A stretch of 64,000 nt of DNA from an uncultured Phycisphaerales bacterium (GTDB taxonomy: Bacteria; Planctomycetota; B15-G4; CAYZWU01). Below, in pieces: positions 18,788 through 28,016 of this stretch (position 1 is the first letter of the stretch; each line of letters starts with the position of its first letter). The position numbers and the translations under genes were made by a program. The stretch spans positions 5,077 to 69,076 of the forward strand of contig CAZUHB010000013.1 of NCBI GenBank assembly GCA_964620445.1, in the 5' to 3' direction. Below the pieces are notes generated by a model. That model was not told the DNA's origin, made no database searches, and worked only from the letters and a program-made list of their open reading frames with translations.

Positions 18788-20140
18788 ATGAAAACGAAAT
18801 ATATCGCCATTCTGTTCGTACTCGTCGCTTTCCGGCCCGTGATGGCAACGGACGAACTCCCTCCCGGACTCGTCGCCCGGACCGACGAGATCAGCATCAC
18901 CGAAAAAGAATTCCACGATCATCTCATCGCCCTCTACGCCGAACGGGAAACAGGCGAATCCCTTCTCGAACAGCTGATCCACGAGACCGCCCTCAAGCAG
19001 GAGATGGCGCGCCGCAAGGTCCACGTGCCGAACTCCATGGTCGAGGCGCGCTGCGCGGAGCTCGACAGCGCCTTGAAGAGCCATTCGGGAGGACAGAAGG
19101 GCCTTCTCGAATACATCAGCGAACAGAACGTGGACGAGGAGGAGTTCCTGCGAGCGCTCAGGCTGTCCATCGCACACGACATCATGGCGCGCGATGATTT
19201 CGGGTTGGAACGCGATGCGCCGATCCCCCCCGAGAAGCTCAATCTCTGGCTCAAGGAGCTCCTGTCGCGCAAGAAGGTCGTGGTTCACGATCGGGGGGGC
19301 GCCCTGATGGCCACGGTCGACGGGACGGAGATCACGGTCCACGAATTCGGCCAGCGGCTCATCACCCATCTGGGAACGGAACGGGTCACCGGAATCCTCA
19401 ACGAACTCATCGGCATCCGCTTGATTCCGGTCTGGGCGGGACCGCTCGGTCTCGCGCTCACCGACGACGACGTGGAGGAGGAGCTGAGGATCCGGGAGGA
19501 AATACTGCACGGGAAGAAGGGTTTCGAGGAGGTCTCCTATTCCGACTGGCTCAGGGCATCGGCCGGACAGACCATCGACGATCTCAAGAAGTCGGAACGC
19601 TTCCGGGCCGAGGTGCTGATGAAAAAGATCGCCCGCACTCTGCTGACAGAGGATGACCTCGAACGCCACTTCGAGAAGAACCGCAACAAGTACGAGCTCC
19701 GCCACGGCCGGGCCGCGAGGCTGGCGACTATTTATCTCGAAGCGGCCCTCTTTCCGAACGACAAGGTCAGCCGCTCCTTCGAGGACGCTGCCGACGAACT
19801 CAAAGAGCTGAGAAAGCGCATCGAGCGGGGCGAGGCGACCTTCGAGGGGCTCGCCCACATCTGGTCGGAATACAAGGCGGGCGACAAGGTGAAACTCGAA
19901 CTCGGAACTCTCACCCTCGGTGTTTCCGGCTTTCGCGAAATCGTGGACGCCGCTCTCAAAGCCGAAATCGGCACGATCCTCGGACCGTTCCGCACACCGG
20001 AGGGATGCCATCTCGTCAAGGTGCTCGGCCAGAGAGGCCCTGTCGAGTTCGACAGGGTGAGTACGATCGTCGTCGACGACGCCAGGCAGAGCCTGTACAC
20101 CGACATGCTCAAGAGAGCCAACATCAAAAAGAAGTATTGA
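18788..20140 (+). CDS. SurA-like periplasmic chaperone / parvulin-type PPIase
   Basis: Signal peptide MKTKYIAILFVLVAF, a SurA-N-like helical region, and a C-terminal PpiC-type domain (GTILGPFRTPEGCHLVKV). Confidence 0.6.
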   Translation: MKTKYIAILFVLVAFRPVMATDELPPGLVARTDEISITEKEFHDHLIALYAERETGESLLEQLIHETALKQEMARRKVHVPNSMVEARCAELDSALKSHSGGQKGLLEYISEQNVDEEEFLRALRLSIAHDIMARDDFGLERDAPIPPEKLNLWLKELLSRKKVVVHDRGGALMATVDGTEITVHEFGQRLITHLGTERVTGILNELIGIRLIPVWAGPLGLALTDDDVEEELRIREEILHGKKGFEEVSYSDWLRASAGQTIDDLKKSERFRAEVLMKKIARTLLTEDDLERHFEKNRNKYELRHGRAARLATIYLEAALFPNDKVSRSFEDAADELKELRKRIERGEATFEGLAHIWSEYKAGDKVKLELGTLTLGVSGFREIVDAALKAEIGTILGPFRTPEGCHLVKVLGQRGPVEFDRVSTIVVDDARQSLYTDMLKRANIKKKY

Positions 20141-20336
20141 GACGGGAGACTCGCACGCGCCTCCCCCGTTGAACCCTGGGCGCCCTCTGCCGCAATGGGC
20201 CGATCATTTCGAAATCTCCCCGCGAACTCGAGATTCGAAAATCCCTCCCAGTCAGGCCTTTCCGCAAAAGAAAATCTATGCATAATCATAGATTAAAAGG
20301 GAATGATTCCTTGATTTTGCCTGGAGGAGGCCTGCC

Positions 20337-21908
20337 ATGAAATTTCTTGTCGCTTCGATTCTCGTCCTTCTGATCCACTCCCCATCCGATTGCGCCACGA
20401 TCAATGTGCCCGATGACTATTCCACGATTCAGGAAGCGATCGATGCGGCCGTCAACGGCGACTGCGTCATCGTTCAGCCGGGAATCTATTTCGAAAACCT
20501 GGTCATCGATCTCAAATCGATCACACTGGTCAGCGAAGAGGGCCCCGAGACGACCACGATCAACGGAGACCGAGCGGGTTCGGTCATCGAGATCAAGGGA
20601 CAGGTTTATTCTCCTGTTGTGGTCGAAGGCTTCACCATCATCGCCGGGTACGCCGAATGGGACACCGGCAGTACATGTGGCGGAGGGATCAACTGTTTCA
20701 ATAGCCTCCCGATCATTGTCAGGAATCGTATCGTCAACAACTGGGCCGACGGAGCAGGCGGCGGGATCTACTGCGTGAACTGCACCGGTGTGGTGATCGC
20801 GTCCAATGTGATCGACAAAAACGTCGTCGTTCCGGGCGACCCTCACGGATCGGCCGGAAGCGGCGGCGGAGTTCTGATCGCCAACTGCATGTCGGCGACC
20901 GTGTCGGGAAATATCATCAGACAGAACCTTGCCGGCGATTACGGCGCCGGAATCTGGTGCAGCGAAAGTACTGCCACGATCGAGGGCAACATCATCGCCC
21001 GAAACGATGTGGGCGGTTTTTCGGGAGATGAGTGCACGGGCGGGGGTGTTCATTGCCACAAGGGTTCGGCAATACTGGTGAACAACCTCATCACCTTCAA
21101 TGAGGCGATGTTCTACGGCGGCGGCATCGCCGGCAACGAGTGCGACATGGTGCTGGTGAACAACACCGTCGCATTCAACAATTCCGACATGGAGCATGGC
21201 GGTTTGAGCTGCACGGGCGGTACGGAGATGACCATCGAGATGGTCAACAATATCTTCTGGCGGAACGAAAGCCAGAATCCCAACACCGAGATCGGCATCG
21301 ACGGAACGGGATCGATCAGTTACTCCGACGTCGAAGGCGGCGTGGCTGCCGTCGATATCGAACCGGGAAGCGATTTCGAATGGGGCCGGGGCATGATCGA
21401 TGCCGATCCCGCCTTTGCCGATCTTGCCGGTGCCGATTTCCATCTCACCTGGAACTCGCCCTGCGTGGACACGGGGATATCCGATCCTCCCTGCGACCCG
21501 CTGACCGATATCGAGGGGGACGCTCGTTACACCTACCAGGTCAACATCGATCAGGACATGGGCGCCGACGAGTTCTTTTGCCACCTCTATCACAGGGGCG
21601 ATGTGATCCCAGGCTCCCCCATGGAGCTCAGAATCACCGGCTGGCCCGCCGAACCGGTCATGCTGGCACTATCCGAAAACCTGGTCAATCCACCCACCTG
21701 GACGTCTCACGGGTATCTATATCTGAGCTGGCCCCCGCTCTGGTATGCCCACGTGGGCGACATTCCCGGCAACGGGATTCTGATCGTGCCGGTCACCGTG
21801 CCTCCCGGGTGGATCGCGGGAGAAGAGTACCATTTGCAGGCCCTCGTCGGACCCTGGGGCGGGCAGAGCGCGCGGCTGACGAACCAGGAGACCTTGCTCG
21901 GCGAGTGA
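20337..21908 (+). CDS. Secreted right-handed parallel beta-helix repeat protein (pectin-lyase fold)
   Basis: Signal peptide; repeated GGGI/NN...N motifs of PbH1 repeats (NosD/CASH-like). Confidence 0.65.
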   Translation: MKFLVASILVLLIHSPSDCATINVPDDYSTIQEAIDAAVNGDCVIVQPGIYFENLVIDLKSITLVSEEGPETTTINGDRAGSVIEIKGQVYSPVVVEGFTIIAGYAEWDTGSTCGGGINCFNSLPIIVRNRIVNNWADGAGGGIYCVNCTGVVIASNVIDKNVVVPGDPHGSAGSGGGVLIANCMSATVSGNIIRQNLAGDYGAGIWCSESTATIEGNIIARNDVGGFSGDECTGGGVHCHKGSAILVNNLITFNEAMFYGGGIAGNECDMVLVNNTVAFNNSDMEHGGLSCTGGTEMTIEMVNNIFWRNESQNPNTEIGIDGTGSISYSDVEGGVAAVDIEPGSDFEWGRGMIDADPAFADLAGADFHLTWNSPCVDTGISDPPCDPLTDIEGDARYTYQVNIDQDMGADEFFCHLYHRGDVIPGSPMELRITGWPAEPVMLALSENLVNPPTWTSHGYLYLSWPPLWYAHVGDIPGNGILIVPVTVPPGWIAGEEYHLQALVGPWGGQSARLTNQETLLGE

Positions 21909-21934
21909 TCCTCGGGAAGGCCGGCACACGGTGA

Positions 21935-23341
21935 TCACAGAATCCTGTCGGGCCGCGTCTGCTGGCTCAAGATCTTTTCCCTCAGCTCCTCGTATCCTTT
22001 CCGCCCCATCAGGGCGAAGGTCGCCTTCTTCCCCGCCTCCACCCCGGGCTGGTCGAAGGGATTGATATTGTAGAGCACCCCGGCATAGGCGATGTGGAGT
22101 TCCATCATGAAGAAGAACTGGCCCACCGTCGAAGCGCTCACCTCGGGAAAGACGATCCGGCACGACGGCCGGCCCGCTTCCTGGAGAGCCAGCTCCGTGC
22201 CCTTCAGCTCGGCGGCGAAAAGATCGGCAAAGGTGCTCCCCGCCAGGTACTCCTGGCCCTCGACGGCCTGATCCCCCCCGGGGATGGTCAAGCGCGACCG
22301 CGGCTGCTCGACGGAGAGGAAGGTGAAGGTCTTGTCCGCCGGCCCCTCGGCATAGAGCTGGACCTGCGAATGTTGATCGGTCACGCCAAGCGCCTTGACC
22401 GGGGTGATCCCCGTGAAGACCTCCTTGCCTTCCAGGTCGAGACGTTTGCCGAGGCTCTCTGCGAGAAGCTGCCTGTACCAGTCGGCCAGGTCCCGGAGCC
22501 GGTGGGAGTATGAGAAGAGGACCGAGATCTGCGCATCGTTTCTCGTGTTGAAAAGGTACTGTGCCGCGGCATAGAAAAGAGCCGGATTCTTCATCATATC
22601 CGTGCCCGCGCAGCGATCGCGCATGAGGGACGCGCCCCTGATGAGCTCCTCCACGTCGATGCCCGTGTAGGCGGCCGACACGAGCCCCACCGGGGTGAGA
22701 ACCGAGAACCGCCCCCCCACGTCGGCCGGGATGACGTGAGAGCGGCACCCGAGCTCGCGCGCCGCCTCGCGCAGCGGTCCCTTTTCGGCATCGGTGGTGA
22801 TGATGAGATGCTCCGAAGCGCGCTCGCCGAGCCGCTTTTCGAGGAGACGGCCGAAGAGCATGAACTGCGCCTGGGTCTCGGCGGTCTGGCCCGACTTGGA
22901 GATGACATTGTAGACCGTCTCTTCCGGCGGCAGCACATCGAGCGCACCGGCGAGAAGGTCCGGGTCGATGTTGTCGAGAACAAAGAGCCGCGGACAGTCC
23001 GATCTCTCGCCGGGGGGAAGCAGATTGTGAAAGGGGTGGTTCAACGCGCTCTGCAGCGCGATGTTTCCCAGAGCCGAACCGCCGATGCCGAGAACGACGA
23101 AGTTTTCGAATCTTCCTCTGTCCCGCGCGGCCTCGGCCGCGATCTGCCGGGCGATGTCCGCGGTGTCGGGAAGAGAGATGAAACCGGGCCTCCGATAGGG
23201 ATCATTGCTGAAGACACTTTCGTGGGCGTCTTGCGCCCTGGAACCGATTGCGTCGATGTCACGTTCCGAGAGCCCCATCGGGCCGACCATATCGGCGTAA
23301 AAACGGTTGAAATCGAAGGCGAGTTCCTTCTCTTGAGACAT
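21935..23341 (-). CDS. pgi: Glucose-6-phosphate isomerase
   Basis: LGIGGSALG, SKSGQTAET and the C-terminal isomerase motifs; GGAGGAA RBS ahead of the ATG at 23341. Confidence 0.85.
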   Translation of the reverse strand: MSQEKELAFDFNRFYADMVGPMGLSERDIDAIGSRAQDAHESVFSNDPYRRPGFISLPDTADIARQIAAEAARDRGRFENFVVLGIGGSALGNIALQSALNHPFHNLLPPGERSDCPRLFVLDNIDPDLLAGALDVLPPEETVYNVISKSGQTAETQAQFMLFGRLLEKRLGERASEHLIITTDAEKGPLREAARELGCRSHVIPADVGGRFSVLTPVGLVSAAYTGIDVEELIRGASLMRDRCAGTDMMKNPALFYAAAQYLFNTRNDAQISVLFSYSHRLRDLADWYRQLLAESLGKRLDLEGKEVFTGITPVKALGVTDQHSQVQLYAEGPADKTFTFLSVEQPRSRLTIPGGDQAVEGQEYLAGSTFADLFAAELKGTELALQEAGRPSCRIVFPEVSASTVGQFFFMMELHIAYAGVLYNINPFDQPGVEAGKKATFALMGRKGYEELREKILSQQTRPDRIL

Positions 23342-23594
23342 ATGTTTCCTCCGGATACGCAACATTCGACAGATGTGGTACGAAAGGCCAAGACGGTCCG
23401 AATCGATCGAGCACAATCGGCTTCAACCGCCTACAAATCCATACCTTAGTAAGTTCACCTGTTTTCTGCAAAGTTCTGTTCTTTTTTAAAGATATCTCTC
23501 CCGTGAGGTCGATAGGATCGGGCAGCAAAGTAAACAGGACTCTCGGGAAAGGGGGAACGAGGGAGTGGCCATAGGGCGAACTCCACCCCACTCA

Positions 23595-23625
23595 GGGCCG
23601 GACAAAATGTCCGGCCCTTTTTCTT
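23595..23625 (+). terminator. Intrinsic terminator-like hairpin in the pgi / RND divergent intergenic region
   Basis: GGGCCGGAC-AAAAT-GTCCGGCCC followed by TTTTTCTT; no annotated plus-strand gene lies upstream. Confidence 0.5.
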
Positions 23626-23736
23626 ATCCGATTCTCTTTCGAGCCTTTTTCGAATTGTGGCGCGCCGCGTTTATCTCTACAATGAGAACCGAACTTCCAA
23701 TGCGGCATCCCTTCCCGACAGGAGTCTTTCCGTCCC

Positions 23737-26700
23737 ATGAGTCCCAAACGCTCCTTCGTTGCCGCCATCATCAACAAGCCGATCACGGTCTTGATGGTCT
23801 TCCTCTCCCTCATGGGAACGGGCGTCATCGCCTACATGCGCATCCCCGTCAATCTGCTGCCCGAGGGATTCCAGTCGAGCTACGTTTCGATCTTCACTCC
23901 CTGCCCCGGTTCGTCACCCCTCGAGAACGAGGACAAGATCACCAAGCCGGTCGAGGAGATCGTCCGTTCCATCCCGGGTGTGAAGGAGATCTCCTCGTCG
24001 AGCTTCGATTCGGGAAGCAACGTCTTCGTCGAGTTCAATCCGAAGACCGACATCGATCTGGCCTACATGGAAGTGCGGGACCGGATCGAGAGGATCAAGC
24101 ACAATTTCCCCGACAGGGTCGACCGCTACTATTGCTACCGGTTCAATCTCGACACCGATCTGCCCGTGATCGCCATGGCCGTCGTTTACGACGACGACAT
24201 AGCCAATCCCTTCACGCTCGCCGAGGACATCATCGTGGCCCGGCTCGAGGGCGTGGACGGCGTGGCCCGGGTCAACGTGGACGGCCTCGTGGACGAGGCT
24301 GTTCGGGTCTTCCTCGATCCGTCCAAGGTGCAGGGACACAATGTCAATCTCTACGACCTGGTCACCCGCATGGGAAGGGACAATTTCACCATGCCGGCGG
24401 GACGGATCATGGACGGCGAACGGCGCTACAATCTACGCGTCGATTCCCAGTACAGGAGTCTGGCCGAGGTCGAGGAGTACCCTGTCAACCGTGATCTCGA
24501 TATCAACGATGTGGGCGAGGTCGTGCTCGGACGCTCCTACCGCGACAGCGTGATGCGCGTCAACGGCATGCAGGGACTCTTCTTCGGCATCTCCAAGGAG
24601 TCGCAGAAGAACACCGTCGAGGTCTGCCGTTCGATCGAGGCCGAGATCGCCCGCCTCGAGAAGGAACCGCGGCTCGAGGGATTCGAGTTCTTCGTCTACA
24701 TGAACCAGCGCGAGATCATCGAGTCCTCTCTCGACGTTCTCAAGACCTCGATGGCCTGGGGCGGGGCGTTCGCGCTGATCGTGCTCTATCTCTTCCTGAG
24801 GCACAAGCGCGCCACTCTCATCGTGGCGCTCGCCATCCCCACGTCGATCTTGATGGCCCTCGTCGTCGTTTTCTTCGCCGGACACACGATCAACATCCTC
24901 TCTCTGGCGGGTTTCACACTCGCCGTGGGAATGCTGGTCGACAACGCCATCGTGGTGACGGAGAACATCTTCCGCCGCAGATCAACGGGCGGCTCGCCGG
25001 CCGAGGCATCGGCCCAGGGCGCGAACGAGGTGGGCACCGCCATTCTGATGGCCACGTGCACGACGATCGTGGTTTTCCTGCCGCTCATCTTCTTTCAGGA
25101 TGATCAGGATCTGCGCCTCGTTCTGGCCGAGGTCGGCCTGCCGATCTCCTTTTCACTGATCGCGTCCCTCTTCACCGCTCTCGGTTTCATCCCCCTGGCC
25201 ACGACCTACCTGATCTGGAGAGGCCGAAAGAACGCGAACGCCATGCCGGCGTTTCTCGAGGCCTACAAGAAGCGGAGCCGTCTGTCGCGCGGTTACGAGC
25301 GGACCATGAGCTGGGTGATGCGGCACCGGCTCGGGGCGGTCCTGATTGCCCTCATCGTCCTCGGGACGACCGACACGGCGCAGAAGAAGATGAACAAGGC
25401 GCTCGAGGAGTCGGGCGGCGGCCACGGCGTCACGGTCAGGGTCGATCTGCCGTCCCATTTCAATCTCGACGAGGCGAACGATATTTTCAGAAAGCTCGAG
25501 GCTTTCACCGAGGAGCGCTTCGACGAGTACGAACTCGACGCATACCTGACCATCTTCGACAACGAAGACGGCCGCCTCATGTATTTCCCGAGGCCGGGCG
25601 CCGACCTGATGAAACTCAAGGAGCTCCCGCGCAAGGTTCAGAAAGAGCTCCCCCGCTTCGCGGGCGTCACCTACGACCTGCGCATCGAGGGCGCCGACGA
25701 TTCGCGCAAGGAATTCCGTATCGAGATCACCGGCCCGGACAGCCAGGTCCTCTCCGAGATCGCATTCGATCTGCGCGACAAGCTGAAGGAAATCGAAGAG
25801 ATCACCAATGTCCGCACCGACATCGAAAAGGGCCGCAACGAGGTCCAGATCGAGGTGGACCGCGAACTGGCCGCCAAGTTCGGCGTCGATCCGGCGGTGC
25901 TGCGCGGAACAGTCGCCTGGGGGCTCGGCGGGCAGCGCCTCCCCGACTACATGGCAAACGGCGACGAGATCAGGATGCAGCTCGAGTACGAGGAAGCCCT
26001 GGTCGAGAGCCTCGAGCTGATCCGCAACATGGAGATCACCTCGAATCAGGGCACGCGGCTGCCGCTCGCCTCGATGGCCAACCTCACCGTGACCAAGGGG
26101 CCGGCCGTGATCAGGCGCCAGAACGGCAACACCACGATGGGAATCTCGGCGACACCGATCACCGACAACGTCTACACGGTGTCGCGCAAGGTGTCCGAGC
26201 TCATGGACGGCTACACCTTTCCGCGCGGTTACTCGTGGGTCGAAAAGGGCGGCGCCGCCGAATTCGAGGAGCAGGCCGAGGAGATCATGAAGGCTTTCGG
26301 CATGTCGGTGGCGCTTGTTTTCATTCTCATGGGCATCCTCTTCGAGTCGTTCATCCTTCCGCTCACGGTGCTGCTGTCGATTCCGTTCGCCGTTCTGGGC
26401 GGCATGTGGCTGCTCGCGATCACCGGTGTTCCGCTCGATATCAACGGTATGGTCGGTTTCATCCTCCTCGCCGGGATCGTGGTGAACAACGCCATCGTGC
26501 TCATCGACCATATCAACCGGTTGCGACGATCGGGCCTGTCCAGGCTGGAAGCCGTGATCAAGGGCGGCCGCGAACGGCTGAGGCCGATCATGATGACCGC
26601 CCTCACCACGATCTTCGGACTGCTGCCCATGGCGGTGCCGGAGTGGTTCTCCTCCGGCGAGGCGGGCAGTGTCTTTTCCTACAGATCGCTGGCGATCGTG

Positions 26701-26880
26701 GTCCTCGGCGGGCTGGCCTTCTCCACGGTGTTCACCGTTTTCGTCATCCCCCTCGCCTACACCCTCTTCGACGACCTCGGCAACGTGCTGCGCAAGCTCC
26801 TCGTGGGCAACGTGAAAAACCTGCGGACCGCCCGCTTTGGAAAGTTCATTGCCGAAAGCGGCCACGATCTCGACATCTGA
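23737..26880 (+). CDS. RND efflux transporter permease subunit (AcrB/HAE1-like), 1047 aa
   Basis: 12-TM RND architecture with two large periplasmic loops and typical TM4/TM10 regions; no adjacent periplasmic adaptor or outer-membrane factor. Confidence 0.85.
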   Translation: MSPKRSFVAAIINKPITVLMVFLSLMGTGVIAYMRIPVNLLPEGFQSSYVSIFTPCPGSSPLENEDKITKPVEEIVRSIPGVKEISSSSFDSGSNVFVEFNPKTDIDLAYMEVRDRIERIKHNFPDRVDRYYCYRFNLDTDLPVIAMAVVYDDDIANPFTLAEDIIVARLEGVDGVARVNVDGLVDEAVRVFLDPSKVQGHNVNLYDLVTRMGRDNFTMPAGRIMDGERRYNLRVDSQYRSLAEVEEYPVNRDLDINDVGEVVLGRSYRDSVMRVNGMQGLFFGISKESQKNTVEVCRSIEAEIARLEKEPRLEGFEFFVYMNQREIIESSLDVLKTSMAWGGAFALIVLYLFLRHKRATLIVALAIPTSILMALVVVFFAGHTINILSLAGFTLAVGMLVDNAIVVTENIFRRRSTGGSPAEASAQGANEVGTAILMATCTTIVVFLPLIFFQDDQDLRLVLAEVGLPISFSLIASLFTALGFIPLATTYLIWRGRKNANAMPAFLEAYKKRSRLSRGYERTMSWVMRHRLGAVLIALIVLGTTDTAQKKMNKALEESGGGHGVTVRVDLPSHFNLDEANDIFRKLEAFTEERFDEYELDAYLTIFDNEDGRLMYFPRPGADLMKLKELPRKVQKELPRFAGVTYDLRIEGADDSRKEFRIEITGPDSQVLSEIAFDLRDKLKEIEEITNVRTDIEKGRNEVQIEVDRELAAKFGVDPAVLRGTVAWGLGGQRLPDYMANGDEIRMQLEYEEALVESLELIRNMEITSNQGTRLPLASMANLTVTKGPAVIRRQNGNTTMGISATPITDNVYTVSRKVSELMDGYTFPRGYSWVEKGGAAEFEEQAEEIMKAFGMSVALVFILMGILFESFILPLTVLLSIPFAVLGGMWLLAITGVPLDINGMVGFILLAGIVVNNAIVLIDHINRLRRSGLSRLEAVIKGGRERLRPIMMTALTTIFGLLPMAVPEWFSSGEAGSVFSYRSLAIVVLGGLAFSTVFTVFVIPLAYTLFDDLGNVLRKLLVGNVKNLRTARFGKFIAESGHDLDI

Positions 26881-27026
26881 CTCCGGCTTCGAATGCGCTT
26901 CTTGAATTCGAAGGACTTTTCGATACCCTGTCCTTTGGACCGATTATAAAGTTGAAACGGGATCCGTTCGCGTCGATGGCGAAACGGTGCCGCGCAGGTC
27001 GAAACGGAATCGAGGAACTGAAACCG

Positions 27027-28016
27027 ATGGCGCAAAAGCCGCCCTCCTACGAGACGCCTCTCACGACCCTTCTCGGTATCGATTACCCGCTCATTCAGGG
27101 CGGAATGATCTGGTGCGCCGGCAGGGATCTGGCCGCGGCCGTTTCCAACGCGGGAGGGCTCGGCCTCATCGGCGCGGGCTCCATGAAGCCCGACATCCTC
27201 GAGCACCACATCGACAAGACGCGCTCGCTCACCGATCGGCCCTACGGTGTCAACCTGCCAATCACCTACCGCCACATCCCTGACTGTGTCGAACTCGTCA
27301 TTGAGAAAAAGGTGCCTGTCGTTGTGACCTCGGCGGGCTCGCCAAAGAGATACACCGCCCTGTTCAAGGGGGCGGGGATGAAGGTGCTTCATGTCACGTC
27401 CACGCCGGAGCTGGCCGTCAAATGCCAGGGCGCGGGCGTCGACGCCGTGGTGGTGGAAGGATTCGAAGCGGGCGGCCACAACGGCCGCGACGAGATCACC
27501 ACATTCTGCCTCGTGCCCCAGACCGTCGATCTCCTGGAGATCCCGGTCGTGGCCGCGGGAGGCATCGCGGACGGACGGGGCATGGCGGCGGCCCTGGCCC
27601 TGGGCGCCGACGGCGTCCAGGTCGGTTCCCTGTTCGCGGCATCGGCGGAGTCTTCCGCCTCGGACGCCTACAAGCAAGCCGTGGTGGAGGCGGGACCGAC
27701 GGCGACCCGCCTCCTGCTGAAGAGCCTCATGCCCACGCGAATGATCGTCAATGAATTCGCGCGCCAGGTCCAGGAAGCCGAATCTGCCGGAGCGTCGTCG
27801 GCCGAGCTCGAGAACCTTCTCGGCAAGGGCCGCGCCAAGAAGGCTATATTCGACGGCGATCTCGCCGAGGGCGAAATCGAGGTCGGCCAGGTCTCGGGCC
27901 TCATCGACCGCGTGAGCAGCGCAGAGAGGATCGTCTGGCAGATGATCGACCGGTGCCGCGCGATCCTGCCGGCCTGGCCCGGCCATTCGCGGCGCGCTGG
28001 AGGATCGACGCAATGA
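27027..28016 (+). CDS. Nitronate monooxygenase / FMN-dependent enoyl-reductase-like (NMO family, TIM barrel)
   Basis: IQGGMIWCAGRDLAAAVSNAGGLGLIGAG and VAAGGIADGRG motifs; real start at 27027 inside a longer spurious ORF. Confidence 0.8.
   Translation: MAQKPPSYETPLTTLLGIDYPLIQGGMIWCAGRDLAAAVSNAGGLGLIGAGSMKPDILEHHIDKTRSLTDRPYGVNLPITYRHIPDCVELVIEKKVPVVVTSAGSPKRYTALFKGAGMKVLHVTSTPELAVKCQGAGVDAVVVEGFEAGGHNGRDEITTFCLVPQTVDLLEIPVVAAGGIADGRGMAAALALGADGVQVGSLFAASAESSASDAYKQAVVEAGPTATRLLLKSLMPTRMIVNEFARQVQEAESAGASSAELENLLGKGRAKKAIFDGDLAEGEIEVGQVSGLIDRVSSAERIVWQMIDRCRAILPAWPGHSRRAGGSTQ

Noticed and set aside
25153-26865. 570-aa minus-strand ORF
   Set aside because: Antisense to the RND permease; Glu/Arg/His-rich low-complexity translation.
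26235-28016. 593-aa ORF
   Set aside because: The N-terminal 260 codons overlap the RND gene's 3' end in another frame. The NMO homolog starts at 27027.
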